Source: a bacterium (GTDB taxonomy: Bacteria > JACRDZ01 > JAQUKH01). From it: a stretch of DNA of 54,511 bases. The notes beneath the pieces were generated by a model that did no database searches, was not told the DNA's origin, and saw only the letters and a list, made by a program, of their open reading frames with translations. The stretch is from positions 1 through 54,511 of the forward strand of contig JAQUKH010000016.1 in assembly GCA_028719205.1 (NCBI GenBank), read 5' to 3'. Each line of letters opens with the position of its first letter. Position 1 is the stretch's first letter. The position numbers were made by a program, and so were the translations under genes. Below, one piece after another: positions 10,096 to 19,040 of the stretch.

Positions 10096-11555
10096 TATCT
10101 TTCCTCACTTTCCATATCCATTATATTTTTTTTACATATTTTAATAAAAACCTCGAGGTTTATCCCTTTTACGAATTTATCCTTATCAATATCACAACCT
10201 TCTTTATTAAGGTATTCCAGAGCATTATTAAAAGACATAACGGCATTTTGATAATCCCCTGTTTTTTGATATATATTTCCCAAATAGTAATGCACTAAAA
10301 AATATTTAGGATTGATATAAATGACTTTTTTAAACTGGATAATAGCGTCCTCAAGCTTCCCGGCATTATTATAGATCAAACCTAATAAAAAATAAGCGTT
10401 CCATGCAAGAGGATCCAGATTTTCCGCTTCAAGACAGAACTTTACAGCATCCTCGATATTCTCTTTATTTATGGATCTCTCCGCGTTTTTCAGCAGAATT
10501 TCGATTTTTTTTGAAAGATCATCTTTTGCTCTATTAATCGGAACAACGCCGGGAGATGAAGGAACATTTTTTTCTCTGCCGTCCAGGTTTTCCCAGGAAA
10601 ATAAATCCTTTTGGAATATTCTATTATCAATTTTTCGTAAAACATTATTTTTTACATAATTAAGCTCTGATTTTATTTTCTCCCGGCCTGTTTTGCAATA
10701 AAAAAATGCTCCCCTGGCTCCGACTAATTCAAATTCATCAGAAATATTGCTTAAGGTTTCAGAATGTCCTATAAAAAGATATCCTTTCCCGGCAAGGCTT
10801 TGGTAAAAATTATGTATGACCCGTTTTGTAGATTCCGGTTTAAAATAGATCGTAACATTTCTGCAGAATATTATATCCCAATTTTCCATTTCATTCAGAG
10901 GATACGGAGTTTCGACCAGATTAAAATACTTGAATTGCACCATTTCTTTTATACTGTCTTTTACCGCGTAACAATCCTTGTCCCTTTCATCATCCCTTTT
11001 TTCAAAAAAATTTCTAAGGAAAGAATCATCCACTCCCCTTAGCGTCCTTTTTGAATAAACACCTTTTTTCGCAGCCTCTAAAACACGATTAGACACATCC
11101 GTCCCTAATATATGGACCTTCCAGCTTTTCCTGTCCAAAAGGGAGGACCAGACGGTCATAGCGATACTGTAAGGCTCTTCTCCGCTTGAACATCCCGCGG
11201 CCCAGATACGGATAGTCTTATCTTTCGCGCATTTTCTATTTATGATCTCAGGAAGGACTACCTCTCTAAGCGCTGTGAACTGGTCTGGATTTCTAAAAAA
11301 ACTGGTTTCATTTATTGTAATTAAATTCAGTAATTCCCTGAATTCATCTTCACGTAACACGTTAAACTTTAAAAAATCATAATATTCCGCGTAACTGGAA
11401 ATATTTTTTTTAGTTACTCTGGACAAAAGGCTCATCCTTAAAGAATCCAGTTTGCTTTTATCAAGGTAAAGACCGCTTTTTTCATGAATAAAATCACGAA
11501 ACAATTTGAACAACTCTAATGATAATTCTTTTTCATTTATTATTCCGCTATGCAT
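10095..11555 (-). CDS. cheR: CheR methyltransferase with C-terminal TPRs (WspC-like)
   Basis: TINETSFFR, RIWAAGCSSGEEPYSIAM, GTDVS, DIIFCRNVTIYF, GHSE; TPRs at the C-terminus. Confidence 0.9.
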   Translation of the reverse strand: MHSGIINEKELSLELFKLFRDFIHEKSGLYLDKSKLDSLRMSLLSRVTKKNISSYAEYYDFLKFNVLREDEFRELLNLITINETSFFRNPDQFTALREVVLPEIINRKCAKDKTIRIWAAGCSSGEEPYSIAMTVWSSLLDRKSWKVHILGTDVSNRVLEAAKKGVYSKRTLRGVDDSFLRNFFEKRDDERDKDCYAVKDSIKEMVQFKYFNLVETPYPLNEMENWDIIFCRNVTIYFKPESTKRVIHNFYQSLAGKGYLFIGHSETLSNISDEFELVGARGAFFYCKTGREKIKSELNYVKNNVLRKIDNRIFQKDLFSWENLDGREKNVPSSPGVVPINRAKDDLSKKIEILLKNAERSINKENIEDAVKFCLEAENLDPLAWNAYFLLGLIYNNAGKLEDAIIQFKKVIYINPKYFLVHYYLGNIYQKTGDYQNAVMSFNNALEYLNKEGCDIDKDKFVKGINLEVFIKICKKNIMDMESEER

Positions 11556-13003
11556 ACGCGATTCCGCCCGGATTTTTTTGCCTTATAAAGCGCTTCATCA
11601 ACAAACGCGATCAGTTTCTTCCCATTATCATCAACCAGCTCTTTTGTACAAAGCCCTACGCCAAGGCTTATAGTCACATTTAAAGTCCCCTTCTCACCCG
11701 GAAAAGGAAATTTTTCTATTGCCGCTCTTATCCGTTCCGCGACATTTTTCGCTCCTTCCAAATTTATTTCCGGCAGGATAATTATAAACTCCTCGCCTCC
11801 GTAACGGATCGGTATATCCATTTTCCTTATCTCCTGCCTTGCTATCTTTGAAACCTCGCGCAAAATAATATCTCCCTGCAGATGGCCGTAAGTGTCATTA
11901 AATTTTTTAAAGAAATCAATATCAAACATTATTATTGAAAATACGCGGTCATACCGCTTTACCCTTAATAATTCCTGTGGAAGGACCTGTCCCATATACC
12001 TTTTGTTATACATTTTTGTTAACTCATCAGTTATAGACAAAGATTCCACCTTTTGATACAGCCTGGCATTATCCATTACAATGGAAGTCTGATTCACGAT
12101 TAACCGCATTAATTCGTTATCTTTATCCGTATAGCCGTCTTCTATAAAACGTCCGATCATCAAGATCCCCATAATACGGTCCCTTGTTGAAAGTTCAGAC
12201 GCTAAAAAGGATTTCAGCTCCTGGCCTTCATTCCCCTGATCTTTTCCGCATGATTCTTCAATAAATTCAATATTCAATTCATTTTTAGCAATAGACTGTT
12301 CCATCAATTTATTAAAACGGCCTAACACGCGTTCTACTATTAATTCTTTATTTTTTTCAGACAAATTTCCTTTTTGACATATTAATATTTTCTTCTCTTC
12401 TCCCAAAAAAATAAGCCCGACGTCAAAAATAATTATTTTCTGGAGCAGGCTGAGTATGGAAGACATTGTTTTTTCGACATCGTAAATTGTCCTGCCGAGA
12501 TAACTGATCTCATTCAAAACCGTTGATTCTAACAGTTTTTTATCCATCATATCATTTACTCTGGCAAAAACCCCCGAATCATCGATCTCGGTACCGGGAG
12601 ATTCCGTAGTTTCTCTCTTTGATTTTATCTGCAAAAGCACTTTTACTTTTTTTTGCAGTTCATCCGATTTAAATCCCTGGATAAGATCCTTAAGCATATA
12701 TTCATCAGCCCCGGTCTGCATACCCCAGAATTTGTCTATCGGTTTATCCTCGCTTGTTAAAATAATTATAGGGATATGCCTTGTTAAATTGTCATGCTTT
12801 AATAACCGGCAGGCCTGATAACCGTTTAATTTCGGCATGCGCAGGTCCATAATAATAAGATCAGGCATCTGGCTGTAAACTTTTTTTACAGCTTCAATAC
12901 CATCAGAAGCCGTGATAACCATATATCCTTCTTCTTCCAGGATATATTTAACCATCATAACAATGGTTGCCACATCATCAGCAATAAGAATTTTTTTTAA
13001 CAT
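11540..13003 (-). CDS. Response-regulator diguanylate cyclase, REC-GAF-GGDEF
   Basis: Intact REC (ADD, DLRMP, K), central GAF-like region, TDELT, DIDFFK, I-site RKMD, active site GGEEF. Confidence 0.9.
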   Translation of the reverse strand: MLKKILIADDVATIVMMVKYILEEEGYMVITASDGIEAVKKVYSQMPDLIIMDLRMPKLNGYQACRLLKHDNLTRHIPIIILTSEDKPIDKFWGMQTGADEYMLKDLIQGFKSDELQKKVKVLLQIKSKRETTESPGTEIDDSGVFARVNDMMDKKLLESTVLNEISYLGRTIYDVEKTMSSILSLLQKIIIFDVGLIFLGEEKKILICQKGNLSEKNKELIVERVLGRFNKLMEQSIAKNELNIEFIEESCGKDQGNEGQELKSFLASELSTRDRIMGILMIGRFIEDGYTDKDNELMRLIVNQTSIVMDNARLYQKVESLSITDELTKMYNKRYMGQVLPQELLRVKRYDRVFSIIMFDIDFFKKFNDTYGHLQGDIILREVSKIARQEIRKMDIPIRYGGEEFIIILPEINLEGAKNVAERIRAAIEKFPFPGEKGTLNVTISLGVGLCTKELVDDNGKKLIAFVDEALYKAKKSGRNRVCIAE

Positions 13004-13006
13004 TTT

Positions 13007-14026
13007 TTACACCAATTTCAATAATTTTATTATCGTCTCCGGTATCATATGGAGCGGGACTACCTTATCAATAATTTTTCTGTCAATAGCCGCTTTGGGC
13101 ATCCCGAAAACAACGCAACTATCCTCATCCTGCGCAATGGTTCCGCCTCCGCTTTTTTTTATCACTTCCATGCCCCTGGCTCCATCATCGCCCATTCCCG
13201 TCATTATTACTCCGACAAGCGAACTGCCGTAATATTTCGCGACTGAAGGAAATAAAATATCCGCTGAAGGCCTTACTCCGCCGACAGGGGGAGAATTTTC
13301 AAATTTAATCCTGCCTTTTTCATCAAGTATAATATGACAAGTATCAGGAGAAAACAAAACCTCTCCCGGAGTAATAATATCATTTTCACGAGCCACGCGT
13401 ATTTTAATCCTGCTCAATTTTTGGAGCCAATCAACCAAGCCGCCGATAAAACCCTGAGAGATATGCTGGACTATAATTATCCCCACGGGAAAATCCTTAG
13501 GCAATAACGGAATAATTTTCCTCAATGCCCCGGGTCCCCCCGTGGAAGAGGCTATAGCTACCGCTTTTTTTCTGTCAATATTGGATTTTGTATATGTTAA
13601 AATCCTTTCTTTTTCAAATTTCGCGTTTAAACTGCTGCTTACCTTGGCCTTAGAAAGAGCTTTAACCTTGTTAATTAAAATAGACGCCTGAATAAAGTCA
13701 TTTTCCAAAATGGATAAAGACGGTTTTTCAATAAAATCCAGCGCTCCGCACTCAAAAACCTGGAACATATTGGTGCTCGTCGAAGAAATTATTAAAATAG
13801 GAACAGGAAAATATCCCATAATGTGGCGGACTGTCTGAAATCCATCCATATCCGGCATCCTAAGGTCCATCAAGACTATATCGGGTTTCAAAACAGGAAT
13901 TATATCAATTGCCTGTTTTCCCCCGTTCGCCATTCCAACGATCCTGATCTCAGGATCCTTCTCTAAAACAATTTTCAACAGTTCCCTGACTGTCGCAACA
14001 TCATCCACGATTACAACTCGGATCAT
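13007..14026 (-). CDS. cheB: Chemotaxis methylesterase, REC-CheB
   Basis: REC domain plus ASSTGGP, VQHI, RPSAD, MTGMGDDG, VFGMPK. Confidence 0.93.
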   Translation of the reverse strand: MIRVVIVDDVATVRELLKIVLEKDPEIRIVGMANGGKQAIDIIPVLKPDIVLMDLRMPDMDGFQTVRHIMGYFPVPILIISSTSTNMFQVFECGALDFIEKPSLSILENDFIQASILINKVKALSKAKVSSSLNAKFEKERILTYTKSNIDRKKAVAIASSTGGPGALRKIIPLLPKDFPVGIIIVQHISQGFIGGLVDWLQKLSRIKIRVARENDIITPGEVLFSPDTCHIILDEKGRIKFENSPPVGGVRPSADILFPSVAKYYGSSLVGVIMTGMGDDGARGMEVIKKSGGGTIAQDEDSCVVFGMPKAAIDRKIIDKVVPLHMIPETIIKLLKLV

Positions 14027-14035
14027 TTCAGCCCC

Positions 14036-16261
14036 CTATTTCTGCCTGCCTAACAGGATTTTGACGATTTCTATAAGATTTTGCTGGTTAAAATCGGTTT
14101 TTGTAAGATAAGCGTCCGCCCCCAGCTTAATTCCTCTTTTTTTATCCTCTTCACTCCCCAACCCCGAAACTATGATAACCGGAATATTTTTCATTGAATC
14201 TTTTGATTTTATATTTTCCGTAAGCTCCAAACCGGTCATCCTTGGCATCTCAATATCAGTAACCACCAGATCAATTTGTAATTTTGATATCTTTTCCAGC
14301 GCTTCAATTCCATCTCTTGCCTCTTCAACATGATATCCGGCTGATTCAAGTATGCTTCTCTGCAATTGCCTGATGGTCATTTGATCGTCCGTTACTAAAA
14401 TATTATGGCCCTTGGTAAATATTTTTTTCCCTTCTTCACCTGTCAAACTCTGGGTCTCTTTTTTCCTGGCGGAAATAATTAATTCAAAAGGGTCAAGAAT
14501 AAATACCAATTCTCCGCTTCCCAATATAGTCACTCCGATAATATTAAAAATATCCTGGAATTTTTCTCCGACACTTTTTATCACTACCTCGCATTCATCA
14601 ACCAGCCGGTCAGCGACAAAAACTACTCTCTTATCTTCTCTTCCGACCACAACCGCTGAAAGAGGATCCAGTTTTTTTAGCTTTTTCTTCTTCCTGTTTA
14701 TTCCCAAAACCGTATCCAGCCACGCTAAGGGCAGAATATGGTCTCTTATGGAAATTGCCTCCCTGCCTTCTACCGTGTGGATGTCTTTCATTGTTATTTC
14801 CAAAGTCTCTTCAACGGATAATGAAGGTATCGCGAATAACTGAGATTCAATTTCGAAGATCAAAATATTAGTCGTGGCTAAAGAAAGCGGTATTAACAAA
14901 ATTATCTTTGTCCCCGCGTTTTTTTCAGTCTCAACATGCAAAAAACCGTTTAATCCCTTAATATTTTTTTGCACAACATCCATACCCACTCCCCTGCCGG
15001 ACACCGAGGTTATGATCTCAGATGTGCTGAAACCTGGCCTGAAAATAAGATTAAGCAGGTCTTCCCGTTCCATTAATTCGATCTCTTTTTCCCTGTAAAA
15101 ACCTTTTTTTACCGCGGACTTCTTGATCTCTTCAATATCTATTCCGTGGCCGTCATCCGAAAATTCGATCTTCAGATGGCTGCCCTGATAACTTATTGAT
15201 ATTTTTATCTTACCGACCGCGGGTTTTCCTTTTTCCGCGCGCTGAGCGGGCCCTTCTATTCCATGATCCACGGCGTTACGCAAAAGATGGATCAAAGGGT
15301 CCCTTATGTTCTCAAGTATTTTTTTATCGATCTCTATTTCCCCTCCCTCAATAGAAAAATCGATCTGCTTGCCGAACTGATTTGCCAGGTCATGAACAAG
15401 CCTTGGAAAAGTTGAAAATAAAATGGATAACGGAAGCATACGGACTTCCATGATCTTCTGCTGATAATCAGCGACTATAATATTATGGTGCTGAATAGTC
15501 CTGGAATGGTCATTATAAAAATTAATAATGTGGTCATTTAGAACAGAAATATTCCGGATATTTTTATCCAGATGATCTCCCAGGTCTCTAACCCTTGTAT
15601 CATCAGTTTTTAAAAACAGTTTTTGAAATTTCTTGCTGAAATTCTGCCATTCCTGGTTTTCTTTATAAACCATATCCTGTATATTTTCCATGTCCTTAAG
15701 CTCTTTATTCAGGCAGATCCGGTCAATGATCATCTCGCTCGATAGATTTAAAAGATAGTCCAGCCTGTCCGTGCGGATCCTTACGGAATCCTGAATTCCT
15801 GACGGAATGATCACCGCGGTATCAGAAAGCTTCGCTTGAGGGGCCTTTGTTTTTTCCGCCGTTTCAACTTCCAACGGCTCCCCCTTGGCCATCGCGTCCA
15901 GTTGATCCATAATTTTAGCCGCGTTAAAATCTGTTTCCCGGTTTTCTACAACTGCCTTTAAATACAGGTCAATACCGTCTACCGCCTGTAAAAAGGTGTT
16001 CATCATTGAAGGAGAAAAAGAAATTTTTCTGTCAGAGATCATTTTAACGATATCTTCCATGCGGTGGGATAAAGCCCCGACATTATCAAATCCCATCACC
16101 CTGCTTAACCCTTTCAGATTATGGAGGCTGCGCATAACATCCTCCAAAACCTCTTTTTTTAAGGGGTCTTTTTCTATGCTCAAAAAGCCTGTGTTAAGTT
16201 TTTGTATTAACTCCAGGCTGTCTTCCTTTAAGGCTTTTAAAATAACAGATTTATCTGGCAT
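14036..16261 (-). CDS. cheA: Hybrid CheA histidine kinase with C-terminal receiver (WspE-like)
   Basis: Hpt [33 protein letters not shown], CheW-like domain, terminal REC (TDD..TDIEMP). Confidence 0.92.
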   Translation of the reverse strand: MPDKSVILKALKEDSLELIQKLNTGFLSIEKDPLKKEVLEDVMRSLHNLKGLSRVMGFDNVGALSHRMEDIVKMISDRKISFSPSMMNTFLQAVDGIDLYLKAVVENRETDFNAAKIMDQLDAMAKGEPLEVETAEKTKAPQAKLSDTAVIIPSGIQDSVRIRTDRLDYLLNLSSEMIIDRICLNKELKDMENIQDMVYKENQEWQNFSKKFQKLFLKTDDTRVRDLGDHLDKNIRNISVLNDHIINFYNDHSRTIQHHNIIVADYQQKIMEVRMLPLSILFSTFPRLVHDLANQFGKQIDFSIEGGEIEIDKKILENIRDPLIHLLRNAVDHGIEGPAQRAEKGKPAVGKIKISISYQGSHLKIEFSDDGHGIDIEEIKKSAVKKGFYREKEIELMEREDLLNLIFRPGFSTSEIITSVSGRGVGMDVVQKNIKGLNGFLHVETEKNAGTKIILLIPLSLATTNILIFEIESQLFAIPSLSVEETLEITMKDIHTVEGREAISIRDHILPLAWLDTVLGINRKKKKLKKLDPLSAVVVGREDKRVVFVADRLVDECEVVIKSVGEKFQDIFNIIGVTILGSGELVFILDPFELIISARKKETQSLTGEEGKKIFTKGHNILVTDDQMTIRQLQRSILESAGYHVEEARDGIEALEKISKLQIDLVVTDIEMPRMTGLELTENIKSKDSMKNIPVIIVSGLGSEEDKKRGIKLGADAYLTKTDFNQQNLIEIVKILLGRQK

Positions 16262-17873
16262 TTCTTCTGTTTTCCTCTATTTTAAACTTACCGATCTCTA
16301 TTTTCAGTTCTTCAGCCAGATTATTAAGTTCACTCGCCGAAGATGTGCCGTCTTTCGCTCCGGCGGCAGACTGGCGCGCGACGGTTGAAACCTCTTTCAT
16401 TGACATGGCAACCTGTTCGCTCGCGCTTTTCTGCTGCTGCGTCGCAACATTGATCTGGTTTACGGATTCCGCTGTCTGCTTCGCTATTTCCAGGATCTCT
16501 TTCAATATATCTCCTGCCTTACGGGCAAGCCCTACTCCATTTTCTATCCCTTTCATACCTTGTTCCGTAGACATGACCGACGCGTTTGAAGAAGATTGTA
16601 TCTCTGTAACAAAATTTTTTATTTTAGTCGTGGATTTTACTACATTTTCCGCTAATTGCCTTATTTCCACGGCCACCACAGCAAAACCTTTTCCATATTC
16701 ACCGGCCTTAGCCGCTTCGATCGCCGCGTTCAAGGATAACAATTTCGTCTGATTGGCAATATCATCAATAATATCAATTACTTCACCGATCTTCTGTGAA
16801 TGTTCTCCTAACGCGATTATTTTTTCCGCGGTTTGCTGCGCCTTATTTTTAATATCTTCCATCGCGCTGATCGTATCCGCAACGGCCCTTTGGCCTATCT
16901 CAGCGCCTTTTAACGTTTGTTCAGTGATCTTTACCACACCATTCGCGTTATCCGCGATCTGGCTGGCGGAGGCGGATAATTCCTCAACAGTAGCGCTGAT
17001 CTCACTGACTGAGGCGGCCTGTTCAGCGGCACCGCTGGCCTGCTGTTCCGAGGAAGCCAGAAGCTCATTTGAAACCGTGCCGATCCTAAACCCCGCGGAC
17101 TGAATATGTTCAACTAAATTTCTGAGATGTTCAACCATATCATTAAAATGGCTGGCTAATTGTCCGATCTCATCATTGGATTTAATATTGATCTCTTTCG
17201 TCAGGTCTCCCGAATCTGTTATCAAATTTGAAATTGCTGAAATACTGTTTATTGGATTTACAACAAACCATTTTATATAATAATAAAGAATGATCATAAT
17301 GATCCCGATACCCACCATAAAAATAAGGCCTAGCATAACCTGCCGTCTCTTTATCGCCACATCGCTTTCTTTTAAAGACACTGCAACAGACATAGCGGCT
17401 ATTACTTCATCCTGTTCCCCTTCATGGCACTTCATACAATCTTTTTCAAGTCTTAATGGTATTATTTCTTTGAAAAATCTATTGTTACTTTCTGAAAAAG
17501 TTAACTTAATGACCTCACCATTAATAGCCCTCGCCTCATCATTACCTTTTGGTTTCTGAGCATCCGTTATACCATATTGTTTTCCCAAATGGCTGGACTT
17601 AATAATTTTAAGATCCGATACGACATTTGATTCAGCCAGCTGTTTCATATATTCCCGGACACCTTCATTATCACCTTTAGCCATAAGAATATACGCGCCC
17701 TTAAAAATTACATTATTCACTAGGTCGATCTTTTCTTCTACCTGCTGATTAAACTGTCCTGTTTCAGAAACAAGGGTATAGAGCATCACACTACCCCCGC
17801 CCATAATAAGAATAAGGCCTATGGTCAGCATAAATTTAAAATTTATTCTAGTCCATTTTTTATTCGCGTCCAT
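16251..17873 (-). CDS. Methyl-accepting chemotaxis protein with periplasmic heme-c motif
   Basis: Two TM segments, CMKCH in the periplasmic domain, HAMP (DEIGQLA), signalling tip [27 protein letters not shown]. Confidence 0.92.
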   Translation of the reverse strand: MDANKKWTRINFKFMLTIGLILIMGGGSVMLYTLVSETGQFNQQVEEKIDLVNNVIFKGAYILMAKGDNEGVREYMKQLAESNVVSDLKIIKSSHLGKQYGITDAQKPKGNDEARAINGEVIKLTFSESNNRFFKEIIPLRLEKDCMKCHEGEQDEVIAAMSVAVSLKESDVAIKRRQVMLGLIFMVGIGIIMIILYYYIKWFVVNPINSISAISNLITDSGDLTKEINIKSNDEIGQLASHFNDMVEHLRNLVEHIQSAGFRIGTVSNELLASSEQQASGAAEQAASVSEISATVEELSASASQIADNANGVVKITEQTLKGAEIGQRAVADTISAMEDIKNKAQQTAEKIIALGEHSQKIGEVIDIIDDIANQTKLLSLNAAIEAAKAGEYGKGFAVVAVEIRQLAENVVKSTTKIKNFVTEIQSSSNASVMSTEQGMKGIENGVGLARKAGDILKEILEIAKQTAESVNQINVATQQQKSASEQVAMSMKEVSTVARQSAAGAKDGTSSASELNNLAEELKIEIGKFKIEENRRNAR

Positions 17874-18344
17874 TTAACTTCCTCCTTTGATATCTTTTAA
17901 TATTTTTTTTTCTTGTTCTGTCAAAATTCTATCCTTATCTAACATAAGAACTATATTTTTTTTAAGGTACGCAACAGCCCAAAAAACACTGACATTCGAT
18001 CTTAATTTGATAGAACCAGGAAATCCAAGCAACTCTTTCATAAAAACATTAAAGATCTCATCCACTGAATCCACTAAAATCCCGACTAAGTTTTTTTCAA
18101 TTATAACAATTATTATACTGTTTCTATCCCGGGACGATAAAACTTCCCATTTTTTGCTAAGAGAAATTACAGGGATATTCTCATCTCTGAACCTGATTTC
18201 TCCTTCCAAAAAAGGAAAATCTTTTTCAATTGGAAGCATTTTTGGAAAATTAATTATTTCTACAACCTCTTCGATGTCTATCCCTATAAAATATTCTCCC
18301 GCTTTAAAAGTTAAAATCTCAATACGCTCCGGGCTCATGATCAT
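17874..18344 (-). CDS. cheW: CheW-like coupling protein
   Basis: GIDIEEVVEII, GEIRFRDENIPVI, GILVDSVDEI. Confidence 0.82.
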   Translation of the reverse strand: MIMSPERIEILTFKAGEYFIGIDIEEVVEIINFPKMLPIEKDFPFLEGEIRFRDENIPVISLSKKWEVLSSRDRNSIIIVIIEKNLVGILVDSVDEIFNVFMKELLGFPGSIKLRSNVSVFWAVAYLKKNIVLMLDKDRILTEQEKKILKDIKGGS

Positions 18345-18925
18345 TTCCTTACAGTTAGAATATCTTTAATGATATTTTCTAAATGGATTATCGCTAAAAA
18401 ACGGCCGGATGTTTCTTCTTTTTCATCAGAAGACGATGCTTCACTGATCTTTATCTCTCCATATATAAATTCGGACTTCACCCGGTCCAATGTTGATAAA
18501 GGGGAATCGATATGAGACATTTGAATATCGATAACTTCAGAAACACTGTCCACCAGCAAACCGATCTTTACCTTATTATTCTCAACAATTAAAACTCTTG
18601 CTTCACCGCTAAGATCGGAAACCGGTGTACTGAAAAGCTTCCTCAGGTCAATAACCGGTATGATCTCTCCCCTGATATTTGTAACTCCAAGTATATATTC
18701 CAGCACTTGAGGTACAGCAAAAATTCTCGGTACCTTAATGATCTCTTTAACATCTTCTATTTTGGTGCCATACCATTCTTTAGAAAGATTAAATACAACG
18801 AGATACATTCTTTTATCTTCTGATATATCTTTCACGCGGTTTTTTTGGACTGACATATCCTCCTGCCATTGTTCTTTTTTAGACTTAGCCCGGTTAGGAT
18901 TATTATCACTTTTTATTTCAGTCAT
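18341..18925 (-). CDS. cheW: CheW coupling protein
   Basis: VKEII, GVTNIRGEIIPVIDLR, GLLVDSVSEV; SD GGAGG. Confidence 0.9.
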   Translation of the reverse strand: MTEIKSDNNPNRAKSKKEQWQEDMSVQKNRVKDISEDKRMYLVVFNLSKEWYGTKIEDVKEIIKVPRIFAVPQVLEYILGVTNIRGEIIPVIDLRKLFSTPVSDLSGEARVLIVENNKVKIGLLVDSVSEVIDIQMSHIDSPLSTLDRVKSEFIYGEIKISEASSSDEKEETSGRFLAIIHLENIIKDILTVRK

Positions 18926-18960
18926 ATTTTATTCCTCCAAGTAAACAAGTATATAGCGTT

Positions 18961-18988
18961 TTATCGGCAAAAAGCATTTACTTCTAAA
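18961..18988 (-). promoter_or_regulatory. Putative sigma-28 promoter of the chemosensory operon
   Basis: Perfect GCCGATAA -10 box (18968-18961); imperfect TTTAG about 15 nt upstream. Confidence 0.55.
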
Positions 18989-19040
18989 ACATATTTTTCT
19001 AACTAATCACTGGAATATTATGTTATAATTATATATTACA

